NCBI GenBank assembly: GCA_026415775.1
Contig: JAOAGL010000001.1
Location: 6,282-70,281 of the forward strand
Reading direction: 5' to 3'
Length of the DNA stretch: 64,000 bases
Source: Patescibacteria group bacterium
GTDB taxonomy: Bacteria > Patescibacteriota > Minisyncoccia > UBA6257 > JAAZHW01
The translations under genes were made by a program, and so were the position numbers. The notes under the pieces were generated by a model. That model ran no database searches, had not been told where the DNA came from, and worked only from the letters and a program-made list of their open reading frames with translations. Numbering within the stretch: position 1 is the first letter of the stretch; every line of letters begins with the position of its first letter. Of this stretch, positions 19,160 to 29,495 are shown piece by piece.

Positions 19160-21370
19160 ATGCAGGAAATGGATAAAATTTATAATCATTTAGCAGTGGA
19201 GAAAAAAATTTATGAGAGCTGGGAAAAATCCGGCTATTTTAATCCAAATAAATTACCAACCAAAAGCAATAAAACTTTTACTATTATTATGCCACCGCCT
19301 AATGCTAATGGCGCGCTTCATTTAGGACATGCCTTAACAACAACCCTGGAAGATATAATGATTCGCTATAAAAGGATGCGCGGATTTAAAACACTCTGGC
19401 TACCTGGTGCTGACCATGCAGGTTTTGAAACGCAAGTAGTTTTTGAAAAGAAACTTGAAAAAGAAGGCTCCAGTCGCTTTGAAATTTTAAAACAAGAAGG
19501 TGGACGCGAAAAATTATATCAGATGATTTGGGATTTTACGCAAAGTAATAAAGTTAATATGGAAAATCAATTGCGACAATTAGGAGCTTCCTGTGATTGG
19601 TCTCGCGAAAAATTTACACTTGACCCATCAATTATTAAAGTAGTTTATGAAACATTTAAAAAACTTTATGAGGATGGCTTAATTTATAAAGCAAATCGCA
19701 TCATTAATTGGTGTCCGAAACATCAAACAGCCCTTTCTGATTTAGAAATAGCCTGGGAAGAAAGAAAGGATAAACTTTACTATGTAAAATATTTCCTCGA
19801 AGATGACCCCTCGGAATTTCTAATTGTTGCAACAACACGACCAGAAACTATTCCCGCTGATATGGCTATTGCTGTACATCCGCATGATAAGAGATATAAA
19901 AATTGGATTGGGAAAAAACTAATAAATCCTCTAATTAAAAACCGAGGAAAATATGGTGATAGCATTGAAATTATTGCCGATGAACTAGTTGATAAAGATT
20001 TTGGCACTGGTGCCTTAAAAATTACACCAGCTCATGACCCTGTTGATTTTGAAATAGGCCTTAAACACAACCTGCCCCTTGATTACCAAATTATTGATTG
20101 GGATGGAAAGATGAATAATCTGGCTAATGAACTTAATGGTCTAAAACCAGAGCCAGCGAGAGAATTATCAATTAAAATTCTTGAAGAAAATAGCGCGTTA
20201 GAAAAAATTGAAGAATATTCCCACAAAGTCCCTCTTTGTTATAAATGCAAATCAGTTATTGAGCCATTACCACGCAAGCAATGGTTTTTGAGAATGACCA
20301 CCCCACCTAAAAGCGGCAAAAAATCTTTGCGCGATTTAGCTGTAGAAGCCGTCAAAAGTGGAAAAATAAAATTTGTCACTAAACGCTTTGAAAAAATTTT
20401 TTATCATTGGATGAAAAATATTAAAGATTGGAATATCTCTCGCCAAATCGTTTGGGGTATTCCTATTCCTGTTTGGTACTGTAATGATTGTGGTACTGAA
20501 ATTGTTCATATTGAGAAAAAACCTATTGTTCAATGTCCAAAATGTCATAGTAAAAATTTAACAAAAGAAAGTGATGTTTTTGATACGTGGTTCTCCTCGG
20601 GTCAATGGCCATTCGCTACTTTAGGTTATCCAAACAATTCGGATTTTAAAAAATTCTATCCAACCGACGTAATGGAGACAGGATGGGATATTCTTTTCTT
20701 CTGGGTAGCAAGAATGATTATGTTTGGTTTATACAGAACTGGGAAACCACCTTTTAATTATGTCTATCTTCATGGATTAATTCGCGATAAAGAACGCCAA
20801 AAAATGTCAAAATCAAAGGGCAATGTTATTGATCCTTTGGGCGTTGTTGATTTATATGGCGTTGATGCTTTAAGAATGGCTTTGGTTGTTGGCACGGCGC
20901 CTGGTAATGACCCGATTATTTCTGAAGAAAAAATCCGCGGTTATCGTAATTTTTCCAATAAAATTTGGAATGCTTCGCGATTTGTTTTAATGAATCTTTC
21001 TGATTACAATCCGAAGAGAAAAATTAGTTTAAGTACAAAAGATAAAAAAATATTAACGCAATTAGAAAAATTTGTTTTGGAAATAACAAAAGATATGGAA
21101 AACTTTCGTTTTCATCGCGCCTCAGAAAAACTCTATCAATATTTCTGGCATACTTTTGCTGATAAAATTATTGAACAAAGCAAGCCGCGACTTCAAAACC
21201 CAAAAGAACGCCCTCAAACGCAATATCTTCTTTTAACCATTCTCTCAACGCTTCTAAAAATGCTTCATCCTTTTATGCCTTTTATCACTGAAGCCGTTTA
21301 TCAACAGCTGCCAAATAAAAATAAAAAGTTTATAATGATTGAAGAGTGGCCCTCGAAAATAAAATCTTAA
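19160..21370 (+). CDS. valS: Valyl-tRNA synthetase (short form, no C-terminal coiled coil)
   Basis: HIGH motif PPPNANGALHLGHA, KMSKS motif QKMSKSKGNVIDP, editing-domain region, and WCPKHQTALSDLEI typical of ValRS. The ORF track starts at 19121; the probable start is 19160 (MQEMDK) or 19169 (MDK), the latter with AGGAAAT spacing. Confidence 0.8.
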   Translation: MQEMDKIYNHLAVEKKIYESWEKSGYFNPNKLPTKSNKTFTIIMPPPNANGALHLGHALTTTLEDIMIRYKRMRGFKTLWLPGADHAGFETQVVFEKKLEKEGSSRFEILKQEGGREKLYQMIWDFTQSNKVNMENQLRQLGASCDWSREKFTLDPSIIKVVYETFKKLYEDGLIYKANRIINWCPKHQTALSDLEIAWEERKDKLYYVKYFLEDDPSEFLIVATTRPETIPADMAIAVHPHDKRYKNWIGKKLINPLIKNRGKYGDSIEIIADELVDKDFGTGALKITPAHDPVDFEIGLKHNLPLDYQIIDWDGKMNNLANELNGLKPEPARELSIKILEENSALEKIEEYSHKVPLCYKCKSVIEPLPRKQWFLRMTTPPKSGKKSLRDLAVEAVKSGKIKFVTKRFEKIFYHWMKNIKDWNISRQIVWGIPIPVWYCNDCGTEIVHIEKKPIVQCPKCHSKNLTKESDVFDTWFSSGQWPFATLGYPNNSDFKKFYPTDVMETGWDILFFWVARMIMFGLYRTGKPPFNYVYLHGLIRDKERQKMSKSKGNVIDPLGVVDLYGVDALRMALVVGTAPGNDPIISEEKIRGYRNFSNKIWNASRFVLMNLSDYNPKRKISLSTKDKKILTQLEKFVLEITKDMENFRFHRASEKLYQYFWHTFADKIIEQSKPRLQNPKERPQTQYLLLTILSTLLKMLHPFMPFITEAVYQQLPNKNKKFIMIEEWPSKIKS

Positions 21371-21371
21371 T

Positions 21372-22139
21372 ATGCCCACTATCTTACATATTATTTTTCT
21401 TGTCAGTTTAGCTCTTTTGCCCAGCCTTATTTGGTTGGGTTATTATTTAAAAAGAGATGATCGCCCCGAACCGCGATATCGCCTAATAATAACTTTCTGC
21501 TGCGGAGTTTTGATAACTTTTTTTGCTGCTTTTGCTGAAGGACTCTTAGCTAAAACCTCTTCTTTTTTAAATAGCATTAACCTCTCAACAATTATTTTCT
21601 TTTTTGCTTTTCCATTTATTGAAGAGATTAGTAAATTTTTGGCTACTGTAATTAGTAATTTTAAAAATCGTTTTTTTGGCGACGAATATACCGATCCGAT
21701 GGTTTATAGCATTACTGCGGCTTTGGGTTTCGCAGCCGCTGAAAATCTAAAAGTATGCCTATCTATCCTTGAAGAAAATGCTGTTGCCTTAAAAATGCCT
21801 CTGTTGGCTAATTTAACCATTCCATCATTAATTTTGAATACGCTTGTTATTACTATTTTTATTCGTTTTCTTTCGGCTGTTTTCCTTCACGCCAATGCTT
21901 CTTCAATTTATGGATATTTTTGGGGCATTGGTTTAATTCTAAAAAAAGACAAAAAAATGAAATTTTTAATGCTTACTTTTGGAATTATAATGGCCACTCT
22001 TTTGCATTCTTTTTATAATTATCTTATAATGAAAACGGGTGAGAATTTATATTTTGCTTTAATAGTCATTCTACTTTTAATTGTTACTAATTACATAATG
22101 AGTCGCGCTTTTAAACAATTAAAATCTTATCAACAATAA
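21372..22139 (+). CDS. PrsW-family intramembrane protease-like membrane protein
   Basis: 255 aa, multi-TM. FIEEISKF (EExxK) and GFAAAENL motifs resemble PrsW. Confidence 0.5.
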   Translation: MPTILHIIFLVSLALLPSLIWLGYYLKRDDRPEPRYRLIITFCCGVLITFFAAFAEGLLAKTSSFLNSINLSTIIFFFAFPFIEEISKFLATVISNFKNRFFGDEYTDPMVYSITAALGFAAAENLKVCLSILEENAVALKMPLLANLTIPSLILNTLVITIFIRFLSAVFLHANASSIYGYFWGIGLILKKDKKMKFLMLTFGIIMATLLHSFYNYLIMKTGENLYFALIVILLLIVTNYIMSRAFKQLKSYQQ

Positions 22140-22140
22140 T

Positions 22141-22572
22141 ATGGCATTTAGATTTTTTAAAACCAAAGGTGAAGAGGAAGAAAAAAACATTACAATTAAA
22201 AATCATCTACGCCCCACCGAAGAAGAGGATGTTTTGGAGGGCGAAGGTCAATTAATGGTTGATGTTTATCAGACACCAACAGAAATTGTTATAAAATCGG
22301 CTGTGGCAGGAGTTAAACCAGAAGATATTGATATTTCCATCGTTAACGATATGATTACCATCAAAGGAAAGAGAGAGTTAGACGAGACAGTGAGGAGTGA
22401 TGATTATTTTTATCAGGAATGCTATTGGGGTTCATTCAGCCGTTCAATCATTTTGCCCATTGAAATTGATGCGGATCGGGTCAATGCAAATTTAAAAAAC
22501 GGGATTTTAACTATTCGCCTGCCAAAAATTGATAAAAATAAAGTTAAAAAGGTAAAAATTAAATCTGAATAA
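22141..22572 (+). CDS. Hsp20/alpha-crystallin small heat-shock protein
   Basis: 143 aa. Alpha-crystallin domain with ...GILTIRLPK C-terminal signature. Confidence 0.85.
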   Translation: MAFRFFKTKGEEEEKNITIKNHLRPTEEEDVLEGEGQLMVDVYQTPTEIVIKSAVAGVKPEDIDISIVNDMITIKGKRELDETVRSDDYFYQECYWGSFSRSIILPIEIDADRVNANLKNGILTIRLPKIDKNKVKKVKIKSE

Positions 22573-22573
22573 A

Positions 22574-22603
22574 AAATCTCCCCCAAAGGGGGAGATTTTT
22601 TAT
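22574..22603. terminator. Bidirectional rho-independent terminator
   Basis: ATCTCCCCC-AAA-GGGGGAGAT hairpin flanked by A-run and T-run. Confidence 0.85.
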
Positions 22604-22613
22604 TAAATTAAAT

Positions 22614-23135
22614 CTATTTTAGAAATTTTATTCTTGGTGAAATTTTTTCAACAAACCAAGCTGAAAAAACTCCAACAATTATTCCACCAACAATATCTAA
22701 AGGATAATGAACGCCTACATAAATGCGGGCAATGCCCATTAAAACACCCAAAACAATAAAGACTAGGCCTATTTTTTTATTAACCGAGGCCACAAAATAA
22801 ATTAAAGGAAAAATAAAAGTGATATGACCAGAAGGAAAAGAACCACTGATATCATGAGAAACTAGATTGTTCACCTGATGAGTCAAAAATGGTCTCGGGC
22901 GATAATAGAAAAATCTAATTATTTCTGTAATAATAGCGCGGGAGAAAATAATAGCAATAATTGGCTTAATAAATTCTTTCCATTGTTTTTGATAAATAAA
23001 AAATAAGTAAATTAAACCGAAAGCGGTCATAAAATAAATTAGATATTCTGCCAAAAAAATCATTAACTTATCAAACCATAAACATTGATTAGCCAAATTA
23101 TTTATTTTTTGAAAAATTAAATAATCAAAATTCAT
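22614..23135 (-). CDS. PAP2-family phosphatase (likely undecaprenyl-diphosphate/lipid phosphatase)
   Basis: 173 aa membrane protein with SGSFPSGH and ...RIYVGVHYPLD PAP2 motifs. Confidence 0.75.
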   Translation of the reverse strand: MNFDYLIFQKINNLANQCLWFDKLMIFLAEYLIYFMTAFGLIYLFFIYQKQWKEFIKPIIAIIFSRAIITEIIRFFYYRPRPFLTHQVNNLVSHDISGSFPSGHITFIFPLIYFVASVNKKIGLVFIVLGVLMGIARIYVGVHYPLDIVGGIIVGVFSAWFVEKISPRIKFLK

Positions 23136-24490
23136 AATTCAATTTGATAATGCGTTTTAACAAAATCGACCATTTTTAAAATATCCGATTTAACATCATC
23201 GGATTTTAAAGCAATAAAAACTATTGGTCGTTTCTCACCATTAAATTGTAATTCAAAAACCGCCATCATTGTTTCTTTGCTGGCTTCAGTTTTCCCCATT
23301 TTACCGCCAACAAAATCATTATTATCAGCAAATAAATTTAAATTTTTCAATTCATAGATAGGTTGGCCGTAATAGGTATTATCAAAAATTCCTTTGGTCA
23401 TTTTTAAAATAAAACTGCGGTTAAAGTAAAGATAGCGGGCTAATTGATAGAGGTCGGTCGGAGTTGAAACATTCTCACTCGCAGCGCCATTTGGATCAAC
23501 AAAACGCGTATTAATCATTCCGATACTTCTCGCAATATTATTCATCCAATCAATCACCTTGTCTGCGCCTAAATATTGAGAAAGCGTTATACCCGCTTCA
23601 TTGGATGATTCAACTAAAAGCAAGGCCAATAAATCAAAAACGGAAATTTTTTGCCCAACTTTTAATCTTGGAATAGAAGTAAAAACTATCGCTTCTTTGG
23701 GTACAATAATATTGTATTCCAAAAAAGTATGGTCTAAAACCGTTAAGGCTGTAATTAATTTGGTAATCGAAGCAATAGGAAATTGTTGATTTTTATTTTT
23801 TTCTAAAAAAACAAAATTATTTTTTAAATCAACCGCCAAATAAGCTTCAGCAGATAATTCAGGAATTGAATAACGGTAACTGGAATTTTCAGCTAATAAA
23901 TCTTTTTTAAATACCAAAACGGGCATATCAACCTCAGTTAAATCATAAATTTTTTTCGCATCTTCATCAAATAAACGAATACAGCCGCCAGAATAAGAAC
24001 TATCAACCTTTCTCCCATTTGGATAATAAGGCCAACCGTGAATTAAAAAATTCCCCTCAAAAACTAAGGCATAATTCATATAAACATTGGCTAATTTAGA
24101 ATAAGCCTTGTTAAACTTTGCTTCAATTTTGTAAAACCCCACCGGTGTTTCAAACCAAGAACCCACTCGTCCTTTAGCAATAATTGGAACATTTTCTATT
24201 GCCTCGCCATTTTTATAAACTGTTATTTTCATTTCGTCTAAATCAGCTAAAAGAAAATCCATTTTTTGATTCATCATTTTTGTTAAAACATTATGAAAAA
24301 AATTGACATCGCCCAGTTCTGGCCAAATGCCATATTGAAATTCAATATCTTTATTTTCTCCATTGTTCAGTTGAATATGATATTGTTTTATTTCCTTTCT
24401 AGGAAAATAATAAAAAAGTCCAATGATACTGGCGCCCACAATTAAAATCCCCAAAATTAATCCTAAAGAAATTTTTTTTGTTTGATTCAT
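23132..24490 (-). CDS. Fusion protein: L,D-transpeptidase (YkuD) domain plus serine-type D-Ala-D-Ala carboxypeptidase (S11)
   Basis: 452 aa. N-terminal TM, then HGWPYY...SGGCIRL (L,D-transpeptidase catalytic His/Cys), then SITKL (SxxK), ESSNEAG (SxN) and GGKMGKT (KTG-like) PBP motifs. Confidence 0.7.
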   Translation of the reverse strand: MNQTKKISLGLILGILIVGASIIGLFYYFPRKEIKQYHIQLNNGENKDIEFQYGIWPELGDVNFFHNVLTKMMNQKMDFLLADLDEMKITVYKNGEAIENVPIIAKGRVGSWFETPVGFYKIEAKFNKAYSKLANVYMNYALVFEGNFLIHGWPYYPNGRKVDSSYSGGCIRLFDEDAKKIYDLTEVDMPVLVFKKDLLAENSSYRYSIPELSAEAYLAVDLKNNFVFLEKNKNQQFPIASITKLITALTVLDHTFLEYNIIVPKEAIVFTSIPRLKVGQKISVFDLLALLLVESSNEAGITLSQYLGADKVIDWMNNIARSIGMINTRFVDPNGAASENVSTPTDLYQLARYLYFNRSFILKMTKGIFDNTYYGQPIYELKNLNLFADNNDFVGGKMGKTEASKETMMAVFELQFNGEKRPIVFIALKSDDVKSDILKMVDFVKTHYQIEL

Positions 24491-25116
24491 AAAACAATAA
24501 CTTTTCGACCATCAATTTTTATTCGGCCCTCAGCAAATGCTTTTATACCTTCGCATAAAATTTCCTCCTCTTTTTGATGAATTTTTTCTTCTAAACTTTC
24601 AATAGTGTCGTCATTTTTAACTTCAACGGCGCGTTGAAAAATAATTGGCCCCGTATCAACACCCTCATCAACAAAATGCAAAGTACATCCTGTTATTTTC
24701 ACTCCATAATCCAAAGCTTGCTTAGGAGCATCCAACCCCGGAAAAGAAGGACACAAAGAAGGATGGATATTTATTACAGCATTGGGGAAATTTTTAAGAA
24801 ATGCTTGCGAAACCACCAAATCCCATCCTGCCATCACCACTAAATTAATATTCCTTTCTTTTAAAATTTTTGCTAATTCTTCATCAAATAATTGTCTATC
24901 TTTACCTTGCAATTTCCAATCGCTCAAACGAAAATAAAAAGCTTCAATGCCTTGCGTTTTTGCCCATTCAATACCCGGAGATTCTTTTTTATGCGAAATA
25001 ACAACTGCTAATTCGATTAGAGGATGATTTTTGCAACATTCATAAATGGCTTTCAAGCGCCCCCCTCTTCCTATTAATGCCGCAACGCGGCAATGATTTC
25101 TTTGAGAAATAGACAT
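24487..25116 (-). CDS. purN: Phosphoribosylglycinamide formyltransferase
   Basis: 209 aa. INIHPSLCPSFPG and formyl-transferase fold motifs. 4-bp overlap with the upstream gene. Confidence 0.8.
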   Translation of the reverse strand: MSISQRNHCRVAALIGRGGRLKAIYECCKNHPLIELAVVISHKKESPGIEWAKTQGIEAFYFRLSDWKLQGKDRQLFDEELAKILKERNINLVVMAGWDLVVSQAFLKNFPNAVINIHPSLCPSFPGLDAPKQALDYGVKITGCTLHFVDEGVDTGPIIFQRAVEVKNDDTIESLEEKIHQKEEEILCEGIKAFAEGRIKIDGRKVIVL

Positions 25117-25124
25117 AAAAAAAT

Positions 25125-25694
25125 TTATTTTTTATCGTCGGTCTCTTCTTTCCCAGTTTCTGTTTTGCGCTGTTCCACTAATTGTCTAAAATAATCGGCT
25201 AGCAATGCTGATTCTGTTTTTCTAAAAGCTATTTCAGCGCCAATTTGCATCATTTCTTCATTTTTTGTTTCCGAACTACTAAATCCAATGATTTTGATTT
25301 GACTAGTTAAATCTCTTATTTGCTGAACAACAATTGGACCGCTATTTAATTCTTCTTCGTCTAAGTCTAAATAACCGTCAACCAAAATAATGCCTGGCAA
25401 ATTTTCTTTATTTTCTATTCGCTTTTTTAATTCATCAAGCGCTTCTTTGGCGGTATCAAAATGCCTGAATTGATATCCCAATCCTCGTGTTTTAACTTCG
25501 AATAATCTTAAACACGCCTCAACAACATTTTTATCATCATCAATAATCCAAACTTCATGATTATTTAACTCCATTAAATCTGGTTTATGCGCGTTGTTTG
25601 TCTTTTCGTTTTTATTTAATGGCACATCTGCTTCGTTTGGCAATTTATTAATTTTTGATTTCAAAAATTCAAATTTATTAACTAGATTAAACAT
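25125..25694 (-). CDS. Stand-alone response-regulator receiver (REC) domain protein
   Basis: 189 aa. VWIIDDD acidic pocket, ILVDGYL phospho-acceptor region, IIGFSS. No output domain. Confidence 0.5.
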   Translation of the reverse strand: MFNLVNKFEFLKSKINKLPNEADVPLNKNEKTNNAHKPDLMELNNHEVWIIDDDKNVVEACLRLFEVKTRGLGYQFRHFDTAKEALDELKKRIENKENLPGIILVDGYLDLDEEELNSGPIVVQQIRDLTSQIKIIGFSSSETKNEEMMQIGAEIAFRKTESALLADYFRQLVEQRKTETGKEETDDKK

Positions 25695-25733
25695 ATGAAA
25701 TTATTATATCAAATAATCCAAAATCTAAAAGAG

Positions 25734-25822
25734 CGGTGGGGGCGAGACTCGAACTCGCATGTCCGCTCATCACGGACCCCGCTTTTCGAGAGCGGTGCCT
25801 TACCAATTCGGCGCACCCCACC
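25734..25822 (-). tRNA. tRNA-Ser (anticodon CGA)
   Basis: Minus-strand sequence GGTGGGG..CCGCT-CTCGAAA-AGCGG with long variable arm GTCCG-TGATGAG-CGGAC, T-loop TTCGAGT, acceptor CCCCACC and discriminator G. Confidence 0.85.
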
Positions 25823-25835
25823 AATTTTTAAAATT

Positions 25836-27284
25836 CTATTCTAATTCAAAGGTTTGTCCATAATCCGGCACTTCAGTAACAATGCCAAAATTATCTCTGC
25901 TTTTTTGAGCTAATTCTTTTGCGGCGTCTTCTTCACCATGAACAATAAATAACTTCTTGATACGAAATCTTAATTCTTTTATCCAATCTAAAAGCATTCT
26001 TTGATCAGCATGGGCTGAATAACCCGTAATTTGCGCTACTTTGCAATTAACATTAATTAATTCATTGTGAATTTCAACCTGCTTTGCGCCTTCAAGAATT
26101 TTTCTTCCCAAAGAATTTTTAGCCTGATAAGAAACAATTAAAATGATGCTATGCGGATCGGCCAAATATCTTTTCTCGTGATGCAAAATGCGACCGCCCT
26201 CTGACGAACCAGAACCAGCTAAAATAACCTTAGGAGGAGGAACAGCATTAATGGCTTTGGATTCTTCTGTTGTTAAAGTAAAAGTTAAACCTGGAAATTC
26301 AAATAATCCCCTACCATTTCCCACAAATTTAAATGCCTCAATTTTAATATAATCCAAGTATTTCTGGTAAATTTCAGTTAATTTACTTGCCAAAGGACTA
26401 TCCATAAAAATCGGCACCAAAGGAATTCGATGATGAACTACTAATTCATTTAATTCAACTAAAATCTCTTGGGTGCGTTCTAATGCTAAAACCGGAATCA
26501 TTAATACTCCTCTATTGCGAATTACCTCTTCAATGGCATCTTCTAATAAATCTTTCCGAATTTCCGCATCTTCATGAAATCGATTCCCATATGTTGATTC
26601 AACAACACAATAATCGGCTTCTTCGCTAATAATATCAGTATCGGGCAATAAGATATTAAATGAATTACCCAAATCACCCGAAAATAGAATTTTAACTTCT
26701 TTATCAGATTTTTTAACTTTCAACAAAACTATAGCAGAACCCAAAATATGACCAGCATTATAAAAGATAAAAGAAATTCTGGGGGAAATTTTTACTTCTT
26801 GATAGTAATTTTGCGGACTAAATAATTTCAGAGTTTCCTTCATTTCTGTTTCGGTATAAAGTAATGGTAACCCCTGTTTTTCAGCTGCCTCCTTCATTAA
26901 ATTAAAAGCATCCTCCCATAAAACAGCGCAACAATCAATTGTTGGCGGCGTGGCATATATTTTCCCGCGAAAGCCATTTTTATACAAAACAGGCGCTAGA
27001 CCGCTATGATCAATGTGGGCATGGGTTAAAATAATTGTTTTTAATTCTTTTGGGTCGAAGGGGGTTGGTTCATAATTTCTTTCATTTCTTACATCACGAT
27101 AAATTCCGCAGTCAATCAAAACTTTTTCATTTTTATACTCTACCAAAAAACGACTTCCTTCAACTTCTTTCGCCGCGCCATAAAAAGAAATTTTTATTTT
27201 GTCATTATTTTTTTTGTGGTTATTTTTAGAAATAACTTTGCGGTTTTTATTCTTTTTTGTATTATTATTTTTTTTCTTCGGCAC
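25836..27284 (-). CDS. MBL-fold metallo-hydrolase of the beta-CASP family (RNase J/CPSF-like ribonuclease)
   Basis: 482 aa. ILTHAHIDHSG (HxHxDH) and beta-CASP region. Lys/Asn-rich N-terminal tail. Confidence 0.7.
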   Translation of the reverse strand: MPKKKNNNTKKNKNRKVISKNNHKKNNDKIKISFYGAAKEVEGSRFLVEYKNEKVLIDCGIYRDVRNERNYEPTPFDPKELKTIILTHAHIDHSGLAPVLYKNGFRGKIYATPPTIDCCAVLWEDAFNLMKEAAEKQGLPLLYTETEMKETLKLFSPQNYYQEVKISPRISFIFYNAGHILGSAIVLLKVKKSDKEVKILFSGDLGNSFNILLPDTDIISEEADYCVVESTYGNRFHEDAEIRKDLLEDAIEEVIRNRGVLMIPVLALERTQEILVELNELVVHHRIPLVPIFMDSPLASKLTEIYQKYLDYIKIEAFKFVGNGRGLFEFPGLTFTLTTEESKAINAVPPPKVILAGSGSSEGGRILHHEKRYLADPHSIILIVSYQAKNSLGRKILEGAKQVEIHNELINVNCKVAQITGYSAHADQRMLLDWIKELRFRIKKLFIVHGEEDAAKELAQKSRDNFGIVTEVPDYGQTFELE

Positions 27285-27765
27285 TTTTTTGAAAATTTTT
27301 TATTAGTTCGACAGCATGAAGAAAAAGTTTTCGTGTATTAGGAAAAGTGGTTGTTTTTAAAGCTTCTTCAGTCGTTAACCATTTACCTTCAATATGTTCT
27401 GGTGATAATCGAATATTTTTTTCCTGTGTTTCTCCTAATAAAAAAATAACTTTTTTATAAATCCATTCTTTTCTGCCTGTATATTTGGCATTATTAAACC
27501 AATAGGTGATAGATTTTTGAAAATTTGGGTAAATTTTAAAATTTCTAATCCCTGTTTCTTCAAAAACCTCCCTTCTTATAGTTTCCTCTATTTTTTCATT
27601 TTTTTCAATATGCCCTTTCACAAAATCCCAATGTCCTGCTGGATAATGAAGCATTAACCACAAAATTTGTCCGTTCTCTTCTCTAAACAAAAAAATGCCA
27701 ACAGAAATTTCAAATTTTACTTTTTTCTTTTTTGGTTTTTTAAAATTTTTAACAATTCTGGCCAT
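27265..27765 (-). CDS. NUDIX hydrolase
   Basis: 166 aa. Nudix box GHWDFVKGHIEKNEKIEETIRREVFEETGI. Confidence 0.85.
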   Translation of the reverse strand: MARIVKNFKKPKKKKVKFEISVGIFLFREENGQILWLMLHYPAGHWDFVKGHIEKNEKIEETIRREVFEETGIRNFKIYPNFQKSITYWFNNAKYTGRKEWIYKKVIFLLGETQEKNIRLSPEHIEGKWLTTEEALKTTTFPNTRKLFLHAVELIKNFQKSAEEKK

Positions 27766-29471
27766 GGTCGTGTATTAATAATATCATCTTTAGTTGCCCA
27801 ACCTCGTCGCGCTTGGGCAATGCCGAATTTTAAATAACCAAGATGAGTAATAGAGTGAGCATCTGAATCAATTGATAATTTCACCCCCTTTTCAATGGCT
27901 TTTTTAATGTGTTCGTCTTTAAAGTCTAAACGGTCGGGGGAAGCGTTAATTTCGATACATTCTCCTCGTCTCGCGGCCTCCTCAATAATTCTATCAATAT
28001 CTATCTCATAAGCTGGTCTTCTTAAAAGTACTCGACCAGTCGGATGAAAAATAATATCAACCAATGGATTTTTAATTGCCTTGCAAATTCGTTCGGTCAT
28101 TTCTTTTTTGTTCATATTAAAATGAGAATGAACGGCAGCAGCGACAATGTCTAATTTTGCTAAAACTTCTTCTTTGATATCCAAAGAGCCGTCTTTTAAA
28201 ATATTTACTTCGGCGCTCTTTAAAATTTTAAATTTAATCCCTTCCTTTTCTAATTTTCGATTTAAGCTATCAATTTCCTTCATCTGTTTTAATAATTTTT
28301 GCTCATCGCAACCCCCTGTCATAGCCAAACTTTTAGTGTGATCAGTAATAGCAATATATTCTAATCCTAATTTAATCGCCTCCTCAACATATTCTCCAAT
28401 AGAATTTGCGCCGTCGCTCCAATTTGTTTGAATTTGTAAATCACCCCTGAGGTCATCGTAATTGATTAATTTTGGCAATTGATGTTTTTGAGCTAATTCT
28501 ATTTCTCCCCAATCCTCCCGCATTTCTGGTTCAATATAATCTAATCCAAGTTTTTCATAAATTTCTTCTTCTGTTTTACCAGCAATTTTAATTTCTTTGT
28601 TTTTATTAATTTTAAATAAACCGTATTCATTTAACTTATACCCCTTTTTTAGGGCAATTTCTCGTAAACGAATGCCGTGGTTTTTTGAACCAGTAAAATA
28701 ATTAAGTGCTGCTCCAAAAGATTCCTCAGGAACAACACGCAAATCAACATCTAAGCCATTATTCAAACGAATAGCGGATTTGGTTTCTCCATGCGCCACT
28801 ACCTGAAAAACATCTTTTAAATTGACAAAATAATCCATTACTATTTTAGGATTATCTGAAACCACTAGAATATCTAAATCTCCTATTGTCTCTTTCATTC
28901 TTCTTACCGAGCCAGCTGCTATAATTTTTTTCACTCCTTTTACTTTTTTTAATTGCGCAATAATTGATTCTATCTGTGGGTAAATAAAGCCGAGAATGAA
29001 TCGATTACCGCCCTGTTTCAAAAATTCAATGCTTTTCAAAATATTCTGCTCTGTTTTTTCACCAAAACCTTCAATATTTCTAATTTTTCCTTCCCGAGCT
29101 GCCTTTTCTAAATCAGTAATATTTTTAATTTTTAGTTTTTCATAAAGTTTTTTAAGTGACCTCGGCCCGATCCCTTCCACTCTTGATAAATTTTCCAAAT
29201 CGAGCGGATACTTTTTCTTTAAATTTTCATAATATTTTAATTTCCCGGTCTTCAACAATTCCTTGATTTTTTCAGCAATAGAAACACCAACCCCTGGAAT
29301 TTCTTCAATTCCTTTTACTCCTTGTTTCTGGTAAATCTCTTTCAACGGCTTATCTAATGCCTCAATACTCGATGCAGCTTTTTCATAGGCGCGAGGTTTG
29401 AAAGCTTCACCTTCCATCTCTAACAAAAAGGAGATTTCTGATAAAATTTTAGCAATCTCCCAATTTTCCAT
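27717..29471 (-). CDS. polX: DNA polymerase X family with C-terminal PHP domain
   Basis: 584 aa. N-terminal pol-beta-like HhH (WEIAKILSEISFLLEMEG...RAYEKAA), nucleotidyltransferase GDLD region, and C-terminal PHP (AITDHT...). Confidence 0.8.
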   Translation of the reverse strand: MENWEIAKILSEISFLLEMEGEAFKPRAYEKAASSIEALDKPLKEIYQKQGVKGIEEIPGVGVSIAEKIKELLKTGKLKYYENLKKKYPLDLENLSRVEGIGPRSLKKLYEKLKIKNITDLEKAAREGKIRNIEGFGEKTEQNILKSIEFLKQGGNRFILGFIYPQIESIIAQLKKVKGVKKIIAAGSVRRMKETIGDLDILVVSDNPKIVMDYFVNLKDVFQVVAHGETKSAIRLNNGLDVDLRVVPEESFGAALNYFTGSKNHGIRLREIALKKGYKLNEYGLFKINKNKEIKIAGKTEEEIYEKLGLDYIEPEMREDWGEIELAQKHQLPKLINYDDLRGDLQIQTNWSDGANSIGEYVEEAIKLGLEYIAITDHTKSLAMTGGCDEQKLLKQMKEIDSLNRKLEKEGIKFKILKSAEVNILKDGSLDIKEEVLAKLDIVAAAVHSHFNMNKKEMTERICKAIKNPLVDIIFHPTGRVLLRRPAYEIDIDRIIEEAARRGECIEINASPDRLDFKDEHIKKAIEKGVKLSIDSDAHSITHLGYLKFGIAQARRGWATKDDIINTRPWPELLKILKNQKRKK

Positions 29472-29495
29472 TAATTTTATTATAACCTGCTTTAA

